From NCBI RefSeq assembly GCF_006345805.1, contig NC_042997.1, forward strand, positions 146,444,001-146,508,000: a stretch of 64,000 bases of DNA, read 5' to 3'. Source of the stretch: Octopus sinensis. Taxonomy: Eukaryota. Below, one piece after another: positions 11,799-27,072 of this stretch. The notes below the pieces were generated by a model that was given only the letters and a program-made list of their open reading frames with translations, was not told where the DNA came from and searched no databases. Position numbers and translations under genes: made by a program. Position 1 is the first letter of the stretch; each line of letters begins with the position of its first letter.

Positions 11799-12327
11799 CG
11801 TAACGGAAAAATCAATAGAAATAACGTCATAATTCAAACAAAAACCAAGAAACGGTTTTCTGTTTTCAAGGAGTTCAAAAATTACGTAACAGAAGCTGAG
11901 AAGAGTGATATGTACGGCGAGAAAAGAAAAAACATCAACAAAATTACTGGAAGGACAGATAAATAAGGAGACAAGAACATTGGCATCAAAATGTCAAGCA
12001 AAAGTGATGAACAGAAAAACCAATACAGGGCCTAAAAATCTGCGCGCGCTTATTTGTATGGGCACACATGTATGCGTGTGTGCATTATGTGTGTGTGTGT
12101 GTTTGTGTGTTGTGTGTGTGTGTGTGTGCGCGCGCGCGCAGTGGAACAAACAGGAGCAATAGAAGTCATTATATATAAGTGTATATTTATGAATTTTAAT
12201 TGCGTCTCAAGTGATATAAGTGACTTGAGGTGCTAAAGTATCGTGAATTGCACTTATGAAATTTTATATAAATGCAATGCATGAAACTCGGACACTTTGA
12301 TCCACTTATGTAACTTTATAACCTTTT

Positions 12328-12370
<43 letters not shown>

Positions 12371-12617
12371 CATACATACATACATACATACACACACATA
12401 CGCACAGAAAAACACACACACATGCACATATATACATAAATACATACATAAACTAATCATTCGCACACTCATATGTGTGTGTGTGTGTGCGTGTGTGTGT
12501 GTGTATGTGTACCTGTGTGTGTATATGTGTGTGTCTAAGTAGGTTCGCGTCTACAAATAAGTGACCATCGGGACTGACTTATTCATACCATACTAATAAT
12601 AACTACAAATAGATGTA

Positions 12618-13145
12618 GGCGGCGAGCTGGCAGAAGTGTTAGCACGGCGGGCGAAATGCTAAGCAGTATTTCTTCTGCCGCTACGTTCTGATTTCAAATT
12701 CCGCCGAGGTCGACTTTGCCTTTCATCCTCTCGGGGTCGATAAATTAAGTACCTGTTACGCACTGTGATCGATGTAATCTGTTTGTCTGTCCGTGTTTGT
12801 CCTCTCTGTGTTTAGCCCTTGTGGGTAGAAAAGAAATAGGTATTTCATCTGTTTTTAAGTTCTGAGTTCAACGTTCCGCCGAGGTCGACTTTTCTTTTCA
12901 TCCTTTTGGGGTCGATATAATCGACTTAATCCGTTTGTCTGTCCTTATTTGTCCCCTCTGTGCGTAGCCCCTTGTGGGCTGTAAAGAAATAAGAAACGTT
13001 AGCACGTCGGGAGAAATGCTTAGCGGTATTTTGTCTGTCTTTACGTTCTGAGTTCAAATTCCGTCCAGGTCGATTTTGTCTTTCATCCTTTCAGGATCAA
13101 TAAATTGAGTAGTCGATTAGAACAATCGACTGGCCCCCTCCCCGA
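12618..13145 (+). mobile_element. SINE family A trimer
   Basis: Three B-box/central units separated by the TCCGTTTGTCTGTCC...GCCCCTTGTGGG...AAAGAAATA segment. Confidence 0.85.
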
Positions 13146-14013
13146 AAGAATATTTCAAATAAATCAATGGTAAAGTTATAGATAATTTGAATATTAGTAG
13201 TAGTAATAATAATAATAATAAACATTATATTCATGCAAGATGAGATCAAAATTAATAGATAAATGTTAGCAAATACTTTTGAGGACTGTAGGTAAGGATT
13301 TAACGACTAGATTACATAAAATTACGTCAATGAATAAAAGCAAAGAGAAAAGACATTGTAATTTCATACACCGACTATTTAATAATTCTACGATACTGTG
13401 AATAAATGAAAGAAAATGATGGAAGAATTCGAAATGTGCATTGGAACGAACTTAGAAATGCACAGACTGTTTTCTGTGTTTATTTGTGAATTTCGGTTCA
13501 GAAGAGTGTGACAAAATTTTCGTAAGAAACAATTATGTTATTAAAGTGAACAATTGATTTTTAAAATTAACTAATTGTAAAATCAATGAAATTTCAAATT
13601 AAAAACGATTACCATAAATTCACAAATCTAATTATAAATTATGTAATAACAAGGGTTATTACTAATGATTACACCAATGTGGTCGTTGGACTTTATAAAA
13701 ATAGAAACCAAATTTTCGTCGAATCATATCCAGCAGTCTTACAAAAAACACGAACATATTGGGTGCAGCATGTTAGGGAAAAACAAAATGACGGGTAGGT
13801 CATTAATGGAATGCATTTGCTCTTACATGAATTTGACCTCAAGGTGACCAGCAGTGTGATATTATATGCACACGTTTGGTCGTGTCTTTCACCAAGGACA
13901 TTTACATATAGTAAAGATGCAAGAACGCACGCATACACTCACGCGAGCACAAACAAATGAGTTCAAAAGAGACAAGATCTCACCGAACAGAAGTGCAAAT
14001 ATATATGTAAATA

Positions 14014-14053
<40 letters not shown>

Positions 14054-14699
14054 TTTGTATGTATGTATGCATGCATGTTTATATATATATATATATTATA
14101 TATATATATATATATGTCTTTGTATGTATGTATGCATGCATGTTTATATATATATATATGTATGTATATATATGTATATATATATGTACGTGTGAGTATA
14201 TATATGTGTGTATATTTATATATGAGAGTATGTATATATTTATATGTATATCTATATGTATTTATATAAGTATATGTATATACTTTATATATGTATATAT
14301 ATATATGCATATATATATATGCATGTATGTATATATATGTATATTTGCATGTATACAAATATATTTATATATGCATGTATATAGATATGTAAATATACAT
14401 GTATATATCTATATGTATGTATATATATATGTAAATATGTCTATGTATATGTATATATATATATATATATTATATATATATGTGTGTGTGTGTGTGTGCA
14501 TGTACATATATGTGTATATATATATTTATATGTATATATATATATATGTATTTATATGTGTATGTATATATGTGTGTATATATAATATACGTATATATAT
14601 ATGTATATATATATGTATGTATATATATATATGTACATATATATAATATATGGAGACATATATATATATATGTGTGTGTGTGAGTATATAGTGAATTCA

Positions 14700-14885
14700 A
14701 ACATAGAAGCACAAACAAGAAGAAAGAATAACGCGAGGACGTCGTACAAATACTGTATTCTCAGACACTCAGGAAAGGCAAGGTAGAGGATTTTACGATT
14801 CGAGCAAAACTATTCTTTAGAAATACAGGAAAGTCCGAAGAAAAGGAACAGGAGGGAGATCCTCAACGAAACCCACGAGGTTACA
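14700..14885 (-). mobile_element. Penelope-like terminal fragment with decayed hammerhead (14790-14824); homolog of 37475-37672
   Basis: Shares ACGCGAGGACGT, CTCAGGAAAG, TTCGAGCA and CACGAGG with the 37.5-kb copy. Minus strand reads AUUU-CUAAAGA...GCUC-GAAU-CGUA-AAAU. Confidence 0.65.
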
Positions 14886-14967
14886 TTTTGAAATATATGT
14901 ATATGTGTGTGTGTGCATATATATATATATATATATATGTGTGTATATATATATCTCTTTCTCTCTT

Positions 14968-15174
14968 TCTCTTTTACTTGTTTCAGTCATTTGACTGCGG
15001 CCATGCTGGAGCACCGCCTTTAATCGAGCAAATCGACCCCGGGACTTATTCTTTGTAAGCCCAGTACTTATTCTATCGGTCTCTTTTTGCCGAACCGCTA
15101 GGTGACGGGGACATAAAACACCAGCACCACATTGGTTTCAAGCAATGCTAGGGGGACAAACACACACAACACCC

Positions 15175-15205
<31 letters not shown>

Positions 15206-15376
15206 CATATATACGACAGCTTCTTTCAGTTTCCGTCTACCAAATCCACTCACAAGGCATTGGTCGGCCCGGGGCTATAGCAGAAGCAACTTGCCCAAGA
15301 TGTCACGCAGTGGGACTGAACCCGGAACCATGTGGTTTGTTAGCAAGCTACTTACCACACAGCCACTCCTGCGCCT
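14968..15376 (-). mobile_element. SINE family B, full length (tRNA head, CORE-like centre, internal microsatellite)
   Basis: Minus strand: A-box-like TGGCTGTGTGG, B-box-like GGTTCAGTCCC, CORE-like TCTTGGGCAAGT and a simple AAAGAG tail. It resembles the octopus OR-type SINEs as I recall them (unverified). Confidence 0.9.
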
Positions 15377-15467
15377 ATATGTTATATATATAAAAATTTA
15401 TATAATATATAATATATATATATGTGTATATGTGTATATATAAAATGTGTGTGTATATATAAACATG

Positions 15468-15502
<35 letters not shown>

Positions 15503-15859
15503 TGTGTATATATATACATATATATACATATGTATATGTGTATATATACACATATATATGTATATATATATGTGTGTGTGTGTATGTATATATGCCTATA
15601 TATATATATATACATATATACAAATGAGTTCAGTATGTGGCAAAGTAATTTATTTTACTAAGCCCTTTATAAAATGTAATATTTTGAATTCGCCTTAAAT
15701 GGTCCCTTTACATACTGAATACTTGGTGAAATTGATTAATAATTAATTAATTTTACCCTCAATTGTTGAAATTATATACAAATATATATATATTCTTGGT
15801 GAATTTTCGAAACTGAGCTCACATTCCTATGGCATATTTCGATCTTTTTATAATAATAA

Positions 15860-16031
<172 letters not shown>

Positions 16032-16120
16032 TCAGGTCTCTGCCTGCAATCGAACTCGGAATCTTGGGGTTAGTAGCCCACGCTCTTAAACAGTAGATCA
16101 TGTGTCCGTATGTATGTATG

Positions 16121-16157
<37 letters not shown>

Positions 16158-16643
16158 ATGTGTGTGTGTCTGTATACATATATGTATATATATAGTTTAT
16201 ATAATATATTATTATTATAAATGTGTATATATATTATCATAAATGTATATATATAAATACATATATATATCTGAATACATATCTATATGTATATATGTAT
16301 GTGTATATGTATATATATATATATGTTTATATGTATATATATATATATATATATGTATACATATATATATATATATATGTATGTATATGCATATGCATGT
16401 ATATATGCATATATGTATATATGTATATATATATATATGTGCATATATATGTTATATATATATATTATATATATATAATATATATATATAATTGTGTGTG
16501 TGTGTGTATATATGTATATAATACTGCTGTGATTTTTGCTACTAAGGTATCGGTTAAACTTTTGATTAATCTACTACAAGATTATTCATCTTTCTATTTC
16601 ACATAATAATATATATATGTATATTTGTATACATATATATATA

Positions 16644-16688
<45 letters not shown>

Positions 16689-16994
16689 CTGTATTGTATA
16701 TATACATGCATATATATGTAGATATATATTTGTATTTTTGTTTGCATCATTGAACCACGGGCCAGCTGAGGCAAAGCCTTGAGAGTTTTTTCTGGACAAG
16801 TCTATCCTCATACGTAATTTTTAAGTTTTATCTGATACTTATTCAATGAGATTTCTTTTGCCAGACCTCTAAATAAACAAGTAGGTTGTGAGTTCTAGGG
16901 AGAGTGAACAGCAACTCGGAGATACACAGCAATACAGATACATATAATCTGAATTGAATTTATAATTGTTCAATTTATTGTTTTCCTTTCCATT

Positions 16995-17056
<62 letters not shown>

Positions 17057-17789
17057 TGTGTGTGTGTGTGTATGTGTGTGTATAGACATGCACATTTGAG
17101 TCTATGCATATTACGTCTACCATATTCAATCAAAATGAACCGGTCAGTTCCGACCTATTGTAAAATATATTCCCAAGCTGAACTGAACCCAAAACCACGT
17201 CGTTGCAAATCGAGAGTCTTAACCACACAACCAAAGACCTTAACAATATTTCTTCCGCTGAAGTCTAGTAGTTTAAAGGTTACAGTTTCTAAATTAGTTG
17301 GAAAGACAATATTTGGTAGATGATGTAAAGAGTGTTTAGGTATGCATTTAAACAAGTTAAATTTTTCGACGACTCTAGTTTCACGGCGATCGTTCTTTTA
17401 GTTGTGTGTATGTGTGCGCTTGTCTATGCACGCGCGTGCGTGTGATCAGTTGTGTTTCAAAGCAAAAGTCTGTGTCACTGTGTGTTTGCGTATTCATATA
17501 TATATGTGTGTGTGTGTGTGTGTGTATTTATGTATGTATGTGTGTATGTATGTATCCATATATATACATATGTAAATATATATATATACATAAACGTACA
17601 TATATAAATATGTATATACATACATATACATATATACATATATTATATACATCTGTATATCTACATATATATACATATATATTTATATATATACATATAT
17701 ATATAATACATATATATATAAATATACATATATATACATATGCATATATGTATATATATACATATATATAGTGATAATTTACAAAAAAA

Positions 17790-17960
17790 ACAAAGGATGA
17801 TGACGGGTGTGTAAACAGCAAATATATGTATTAGTTTAACGTTCGGGAAGGGAGAAAATCATTTACGTTTCCAGCCTCTGCTCTTCCACAAAAAGTAACA
17901 CAGAAAGATACAGGGAGAGAAAATAAGAAAGGTTTAGTGACTAGCGATCTGTCATGTATT
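17790..17960 (-). mobile_element. Penelope-like terminal fragment with decayed hammerhead (17861-17894)
   Basis: Minus strand reads UUGUGGA-A-GAGC-AGAG-GCUG-GAAA-CGUA, the same layout as 37571-37605 with three core changes. Confidence 0.5.
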
Positions 17961-18574
17961 TGCTTGTAAAGTTACATAAGTGGCTCAAAAGTCCAGAAAC
18001 CAAGAGTCTGAAGCATTGCTCTATTCTAGCTATCTGATGAGTGCAATAGGCGAAACTTTCTGGACTCGAACCACTCTTATAACGTCACAAGTGAATTAAA
18101 AGAACAATAGACACACGCTCACACACGCACACACATACATACACACACACACCACACAGACTTACGCACATTCGCGCATCACGGTTTCTGTTCATGTACC
18201 TGTACACCAAATTCCATTTACGAAATACAGGACAACCAGAGACGCAAAAACGATTCTCTAAAATCAGCCATAACTGAACTTATATAACATCAAATCACAT
18301 CAATCTTTATTGATAATATATTTCATATTGTCTGACAAAGACAATTAATTAATCTAATCATGTTTATTGAAGGCATGATGGTTAGGATTGCACAACAGGT
18401 TAATTTCAATATTGATATTATTATAACCAATATAAACATTGGTCTCATTTCAACTGTGAGTTTTTCATGCGGCAGCCTTCCTTCCACCATACTAGTCTGA
18501 CAGATGGATATATAGATAGAATGAGTGACAGAGGTGGATGAACAGACAGCAGGCAGATAGCTAGCTAGATAGTT

Positions 18575-18611
<37 letters not shown>

Positions 18612-18633
18612 TGCATACATACATACAAACATC

Positions 18634-18719
<86 letters not shown>

Positions 18720-18746
18720 TAGATAGATAGATTGATTGATTGATTG

Positions 18747-18788
<42 letters not shown>

Positions 18789-19264
18789 AGAAATTCTATT
18801 AATGCTAATAATATTGATGTTTTCTTACATTAACAGGAGGCCAGAAACTTTTGTGGGGTGATGTAATTCGATTATATCTGTCCCTGTACTTACGATGTAT
18901 TTTATTTTACCGAGCTCGAGAGGATGAAAGCAAAGTAGACCTCGTTGATATTTGAATAGTGAAAGGTTAAACAGCCGAAACAAATATTAAAAAATCTAAC
19001 CCTATGCCAATCCATTGTCTAGATAATGGTTCCGGATTTAGGCACAAGGCCAGCGATACTGAGAATAGGGTTTAGCTGATACTAGAAAATATAAGTGAAA
19101 TATGATGAAAATGAAACAACTGAAACAACAATAAGGTGATACAAAAAATAATAATGAGTGAATTAATTAATCAATTAATTGATTGATTAAAAAGGCATAA
19201 AAAAGTAAAAGGGTTACATAAGACAGATTATAGAGCTAGAAATTAATAGAGTCAAGCCAAATCT

Positions 19265-19890
19265 ACAAGGTAATATTGTCGTCCTGAGGATCAGCAAATC
19301 TTTCGAGACTGGTTGGCGAATCTCGAAAATAACCGTTTATAGGTTCTACCAGTCTCTCGTCTCTTGGGCAGGAAACATTCTACCAGACCACACTGCATGT
19401 GTTAACGACGCTCTTTCTGTCCATCATTCTATCAATTATAGCTTATTCCTGAGTTTGGTTTTATTCTCCATTCTCTTCCATGTATATATCAGTGACGTAA
19501 TTAACTCTACCTCAAACAACGCTCACATTTACACAGATAACACTATCCCTTATGTCTTCCTAACCTTTCTCGTCATCCACTCACAACCTAGACGCCACAC
19601 GCTAAATTCACACTAATTCCATGAACAGAAACCACGAAAGTATCCTCTAATAGAGATTTATTATTCTTGTCTTTTTCAACAGAAAAACAACACATACCCT
19701 ATTCATATCAAGAAAACATAATTGCACCACATCATGTTGGTCATGAGCAGCACCCGACTGGAGCCCTGCAAATTGCTCCAATTGGTGAGACTCACAGTCA
19801 CCGAAGTTCTTTTCTGGAGAAAGCACATCTTTAACATAGCCAGGACCGCATCTCGACAGCTAACTCTTTCTCTTCCAATCAAGTGGTACT
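19265..19890 (+). pseudogene. Degenerate CR1/L2-group LINE reverse transcriptase fragment
   Basis: Frameshifted translation gives VNDALSVHHSIN...ILFHVYISDVINSTSNNAHIYTDNT (YADD motif decayed to YTDN) and FWRKHIFNIARTASRQL, matching CR1-type RT and post-RT consensus. Confidence 0.75.
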
Positions 19891-20170
19891 AATCATACGC
19901 AGATACGTTCTTGAATGTATCTGCAAATGACTTTGTGCCAATTAATACGAAGGCCGTTTGCTGGCTGTAGTCTAGGGTGTCTGTATACACCTCAGCAGCA
20001 TCGTTCCAAATGTGAGGGTAATACTCCACTCTACTGCGGGTCGCATATGATATTTGTAAAATGTCAATAATTGTTGAAGAGCGATATACCATCGGACCCT
20101 AAAGAGAAGAGTTTTTGGTTGGGATATAGCTCTAGCAATTTTGAGGGTTCTAGTTGAGTGTTGATCATGA
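19889..20170 (-). pseudogene. Degenerate CR1-type LINE post-RT fragment
   Basis: ORFs 19972-20244 and 19889-20092 give IARAISQPKTLLFRVRWY..QQLLTFYKYHMRP.VEYYPHIWNDA...LDYSQQTAFVLIG, resembling LFR.R.Y..LL.LYK..IRP..EY..HIW. Confidence 0.75.
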
Positions 20171-20809
20171 TTAACGGGATATGGTGTAATGATATTTTCT
20201 CGATATGGGTAGAATATGTGATATCTTGTTGGTATCAGTTTCACTGGTCACCACTTGTATCAATCATACCTAAATAAGTAAAAAAAGACTCACTACTAGG
20301 AAGGAAGGAAGGGAGGAAGGAAGGAAGCAAGGAAGGAAGCAAGGAAGGAAGGAAGAAGGGAGGGAGGCAGGCAGGGAAGGAAGAAATGATGAATGGAAGG
20401 ATGCATAGAAAATATGTTGACTTAAGAGTATAAATCAGAAAAAGAATATATGGGGAAGAGAGAAATAGCAGTAAAGCTTCCACGCTGAAGATGTGAAAAA
20501 AAAAAAAAAAGAAAAATCGCTGTAGGTTTATATAACTTGAGAAACAAATAAAGGCTTTATGAGTGACCCCAAACGAAATAAAACACATGCACAAATGCAA
20601 ACAGCAAATAACAATAGAAATGCGTGAAGGTATTTAACGATTTAACTTCCAGTCTTTAATAACAAGTTCCTACTGAAGTTAAATAACACACACACATACG
20701 CGCGCACACACACACGCGCGCGCGCACATATATACATATACATATATATGCATGTATATAAACATATACATTATATGTATATATATATTTATACAAATAC
20801 ATATGTATG

Positions 20810-20844
<35 letters not shown>

Positions 20845-20861
20845 TATATATATATATATAT

Positions 20862-20904
<43 letters not shown>

Positions 20905-21063
20905 GTACGTATATATTATATATTATTTCTTATGAATAATAATGTTCTTTATAAATTTATATATATGCACACACATATACAATTATATATATATATATAT
21001 ATATAATATATATATATGTATATGTATGTATTATATATAATATGTTATATATATGTATATATT

Positions 21064-21150
<87 letters not shown>

Positions 21151-21539
21151 GTATATATATATCATTGTATATGTATGTTTGTGCGAGTGTTTATATATGT
21201 GCGTACGCGTGTGTGCATACTGCTGCTATATGTTATATAAAAAGTGGTCATAAATTTGCGTGTCGCCATCGCCGTGTACGTGGCGCATTAAATTAATAGT
21301 TAGATATAAAAACAGTTAATTCAAATACTATGAAGTCAATGCTGACATGAGAATAAAAAGAGGGATGGTATAGTAGGTTAAGGCAAAAGGAATAAAGACA
21401 TTGTAGGCGAGGAAAGTAAAAAGAGAGTGAACGAGGGAGAGGGAAATGGGGAGTGAGAGAAAGAGGATGGGGAGGTAAGTTGTAAGGACAGAAATAAAAG
21501 AGAATACATTTGATAGAGAAAACATTGAGAAAGTCTCAG

Positions 21540-21895
21540 GCGTGACTGTGTGGTTAGAAGTTTGCTTTTCAACCTCATGGTTCCGGGTGCAAGCCCGGTG
21601 TCTTCTACTATAGCCCCGGGCCGAAAAAAGCCTTGTGAGTAGATATGGTTGACATAAGCTGTAAAGAAGCCCGTGGTATATGTGCATGTGTGTCTGTGTT
21701 TGTCCGCCACTACCATTTGACAACCGGTGTTGGTGTGTTTATGTTCCTGTAGTTTAGCAGTTCACCTTAAGAGACTGATAGAATAAGTACCAAATTTTAA
21801 ATAAGTACCGGGGTCGATTCATTTCATTAAAAATTCTTCAAGGCGGTGCCCCAGCATGGCTGCAGTCTAATGACTAGAACAAAAGACAAAGAAAG
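21540..21895 (+). mobile_element. SINE family B copy
   Basis: GTGACTGTGTGGTTAGAAG head through CAAGGCGGTGCCCCAGCATGGCTGCAGTC 3' end. Confidence 0.85.
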
Positions 21896-23439
21896 GACGC
21901 TTCCTTTCTCTTTATTTCCTCTCCCTCTCTTTCCCTCTCACTCCGCCCATTTTCTCACCCAGTTTATTACTTTTTGCTTTCTTTATCTGCTTTTTCCCCA
22001 GTCTATGTATAACTTCAACAAAGAGGAAAAGTGAATACGAATAGAATCTACTAATGCGAGAGAGAGATAGAGATAGAGAAAGAAGGCGAGAGAGAGTCTG
22101 TGTCTGTGTATTTAGGAGCAGGAAGTAAGATAGTCAGGAACAGAGGGGAGAATAAAAAGGTGTAAAGAGAGACGTTGGATAAGTGCTCAGAGGAAAGAAG
22201 GAAATAAAGAGAGTGTCGGAGAGAGACGGAGAGAGTGTTTGGCGTGATTGTCTGTGGTAAAGGTTGTAAGTTTTATGCAAATTATATTCAAAGCATGACA
22301 TTTGTCTGGGAAGAAGGTTATATACACAGACATATATATATATATACGCAATTTATACATAGGTAAAAGAAATATAAGGAGTGCATTGCGTTATACAAAT
22401 ATTTCAAGGATTTTTATAAAAACATAGCAAGACGTAAAATTTTACAAAAACATAACAAACAGAAAATTTGACAGAACTAAACACACGGAAAATTCGTAGC
22501 TAATTCTTCATCGGCCAACGTCCAAGAGATCATAATAGTTTCGCACCGTTATCGTTGAGACTGCTCCTTCACTGGAGGCGCCAGAGCAGAAAAGCCACTG
22601 GAAATAGCTAACGAATGTACAGGACAATGATGATACAAACAAGACAAACTAAAATAATTACAATAATTTTACATATACAACAACAACAAAAAATAGCCGC
22701 ACGGCTATCAGATACACGATTATGGGTGAGGTAAAAGAAAATGAAAATGCTTTAAAGGACTGGAGATACAAGGAGAAAAAGGACCACAATAATAAACGAC
22801 GGCAATGATGACGATTATGTTTATTAAGGAGATAATAATGATAAATGTGGCAAGCACAACGACAGTAGCATCAACTCGAGGCGGTAACTCGACAGATATA
22901 GCTGCTAAATCTCCCTCAAAATACACCCAAAAGAAATTGTATAATATGTATATGTGCGTGTGTATGCTTATATATATATCGATATGCATTCATGTATGTG
23001 TGTGTGTGTATGAGAGAGAGAGAGAAAGAGAAAGAGAGAAAGAGAAAGAGAGAGAGAGTCAATAACTATTGAAGAGGTTGCAAGACTCAACGAAAATTTA
23101 AGAAAAAAAAAATAAATGAGTGGAAATCGAACTGGTGAGTGTGTTAAGTAATAAAGCACTAAAAGAGAGTGACTCTCCACAGACACTATAATGTGTGTGT
23201 GTGTGTGTATGTGTGTATATATATATATATATATAATCCTCAAATATATTGGATTGTCACAACTGGAATGGTTTTCATCATAGGTCTGCTCAATCAAAGT
23301 GAACTTGCAAGGCAGAAACAACAACATTAACATTTACTGAGACAATACAGTAGCCAATAGAGTGAAGCCCGACATCAAAGTACTCCAAAAAATCATTATT
23401 TAAGCCTAAAACTAGCAACTATTATCATTGTTTCTGTGA

Positions 23440-23822
23440 GAAGAACAAGCCATGAAATTGGTTATTGGGAGCAGTTGATTGCATCGACCCAGTTCTCAAT
23501 TGATATTTATTTTATCGGCCCCGAAATGATGAAAAACACTATCAACCTCGATGGCATTTGAACTCGCAATAATTTTGTCCGGTTCAGTAGCGATTCTGTC
23601 AACCCGCTCCCTTGATAGTGGCTTCAAATTCTGGCACAATGTCAGCTATTACGGGGTAGGGATGAGTAGATTAAATCGATCGCAGTGTCCAATTGGTACT
23701 TACTTTATTGACCCCAAAAGGATGAAAGAGAAAGACGGCCACGACGGAATTTGGTCTCAGAACTTTAAAACGGAGGCTAAGCATTTTGCCCACTGTGCTA
23801 ACGATTCTGCCAGCCCGCCGCC
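23440..23822 (-). mobile_element. Two adjacent SINE family A copies
   Basis: Two sets of GATGAAA...GAATTTG...AACGATTCTGCCAGC motifs in reverse orientation. Confidence 0.75.
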
Positions 23823-25662
23823 TGCACGTCTCCTTAATATTGGCTATTATAATGATTAATATTTTAAAAGTATATAAATATATTTTCGAGCGAAGTGTAT
23901 TCGCGCGCGCCTGCGTGTGTGCGAGTATGTGCCTGAAAGAGGAAAAGAGAGAGAGAGAGAGAGAGGAGGTAGGGTGTGTGTGTGCGCGTGCAGCTAGTCC
24001 CTGCACAAGTTCCGTCAAACTTTGACTCTGAACGTACTAGCCGATACACGCAGTGGGATCGAATCCGGAAGCACGAGGTTTTCTTGCGGGAAAAATCTTG
24101 TCCACCACACAGCAATATCTGTGTCTATTTAATATTTTTTCTCTGGATTAAAGCTAAACTAAGTCCAAACAGCAAGAACACTACCACAAACTTCATCGCT
24201 CTCATTGCCACAATCGTTATCGACGCCTTCATAGATATTCAAGATATTAAAAATATTCAAGGCATATTTTGTGGTTTTCAAATTCTTGCTTACACCCTTT
24301 TAATCTTTTTATGGCGAAAAGGTCATCACATAAAATCCCGGTCACTTGAATCTCTTATAAAGCAGCATTCCTCCCACCCCACTTTTATTTCCTTTATCCC
24401 GCTCTTTGTTTGTTTGTTTCTTTCTTTCTTTCTCTCTCGTTATTTAAAGAAATTAACTTACAAAGAGTTGACATCATGCTCAGTGGCAAATAAAGTAAGC
24501 TATTTATTAGCCAGTTATTTAATAACTGAAGGCGGTTCGGATTACAGAAGACAATAGAACATCGCATTAAATACTTTATACTATTTACGAGAAATGACAG
24601 AATCTGTACCCTGACGAGCGAACTGCTTGGTGATAGTTAGTTACCAACATTAGAGTTGTGGTTTCAAAATCGACAAGGTCTACTTTGCTTTTCACTTTTC
24701 CAGAGTGGTTAAAATAAGTTGTTCTGGTCAATTTAATTTGTTTTCCTTTTGTGCACCTACTGAAAACCATTATTAGTTTCATGGAACAGAAATGCTAAAG
24801 CGCCAGGAAAACAAAATAGCTTTTGTTCAAATCCAAAGTAACTTGCTAGGGACAACTTAAGTCCTTCGATCTCTATGAAGTATAGGCTATGGACGACTTT
24901 TCTTTACTGTTCTCGACTCTGGATTGTATTAGGGCTACTTCTTCAGTCCTATGTTTCCCTGTAGGAAGGCATTCCTCTCCTAGGTCTTGGTTTTGAATTA
25001 TCATCGATACTCCTGTATCTTATTTCAGATAGAGATGTTAGTCATTCGCAAGCACATTTTTATCTCTGGAAAGAAGTAATCTATAGTAGTCAAATTTCTA
25101 TCTTTTGACCTGACCGGCATGAAAGGTCCTACCAGCAGCTTGCTCTTCGCTGGCATATTTACCAGGATCATTGAAGTATACAAGCCATCGCACTGCAACA
25201 AGGACTAAACATTCCGGAGGCCAAAGTAACTTGTTCAGTCATAAAGACGACATAATTTCTCATCAGTAGAAAGCAGGTTCCATTGGAGAGAAGTTTGGGA
25301 CAACTCTTGTACCCGAGCTGTATTGTGTTCACATGGAGAGGGTACAGTTATTACATGGGCAGCTATCCCCAAAAGGAAGCCATTGATCATAATAATTTTG
25401 AAATAAATGTTTCCATTTGGTGGAAGTAAGTACTCGGTTTTAAAATAAATAGTGAGGTCCTAACACTAAAACAAGTAGAATAATTACAGATAAAGTTATA
25501 GCTATATGTTTGAGTGTCTATGTGTGTGTACAATCCCGCAGCTAAGGAGCGCATAAATAAAACACAGTAAGAATGTGGTATCGATAATGTTTATATATAT
25601 ACATGTATATATATATATAGATGTGTATGTATGTATATATGTGTACGTATGTGTATACATAC

Positions 25663-26007
<345 letters not shown>

Positions 26008-26171
26008 TATTAAAACAATAACTCCATTAATTCCTAGCAATATCTGAAGAAACAATTTTTATATTCCGAAATATATTAATATTTTAAATAATTAAATAAT
26101 TTATAACAGTTATTATAGTCCACTCTGCATCATTGTGCATTGTGCCATTCCCGACACGTTACATTTCATAA

Positions 26172-26209
<38 letters not shown>

Positions 26210-26239
26210 GTAATAATTTTATATACATTGTAGTATGCT

Positions 26240-26370
26240 ATTTAAAACCTGTTCACAGTATCCGGTTACTTGATTTCATCTATGATGCACCACAAGGTTA
26301 TGGTACACGATCTCATCTGGAAGGTACAAGCGTATGATGGATCGAGGCGATCGTCCGGACTAAAGAGACT
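26240..26370 (+). pseudogene. Short degenerate CR1-type RT fragment
   Basis: VHSIRLLDF, then after a frameshift HKVMVHDLIWKVQAYDG, resembling D.IYLDF.KAFDKV.H..L..KL.AYG. Confidence 0.5.
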
Positions 26371-26741
26371 TTGAATTTCTATTTTCTTTCTCTCATGTCA
26401 TTAAGTATGTATATATGTATGTATGTGTTTTTTTTTGTGTACGTGCGTGCGTGTGACTGCATTCATAGGGGTGTGCGCAAGCGTGCATATATGTTTGTAT
26501 ATGGAAGTGTAATTAGTTATTTTTCCAAAAGATTTTATCGATTCCACCCTGCTTAATTTTGTCATATAAGTTCAATTTTCCTATGGATCTAATAATATAT
26601 AATAATACGAAGGTAAAACAATTAGCAAGCACGTCAGATAATCTACGTTAAGACGTGGTTCAGTTTGCTTTTCCTGGACTAATTACGTAGATAAACAGAT
26701 AGGTAGATTAATATGTAAACAGATAAGTGGGTTGGCACATG

Positions 26742-26840
<99 letters not shown>

Positions 26841-26985
26841 GGAGGGAGGGATGGATGAATGGGAAGAGATAAATAGATGGATGGATGGATGGATGGATGG
26901 AAAGAGATAGACAGATGGATGGATGGAAAAACATAGATGGATGGATGCAGGGTGGGATGGAAACAAATAGATAGATAGATAGATC

Positions 26986-27072
<87 letters not shown>

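Noticed and set aside
23976-24557. 193-aa plus-strand ORF, the longest non-microsatellite ORF
   Set aside because: No recognisable domain, starts in a (TG) tract, includes a SINE B-like remnant (ACGCAGTGGGATCGAATCCGG) and runs through T-rich low-complexity sequence.
25240-25270. CUGAUGA-GAAAUUAUGUC on the minus strand as a hammerhead
   Set aside because: No stem II and no stem I pairing.
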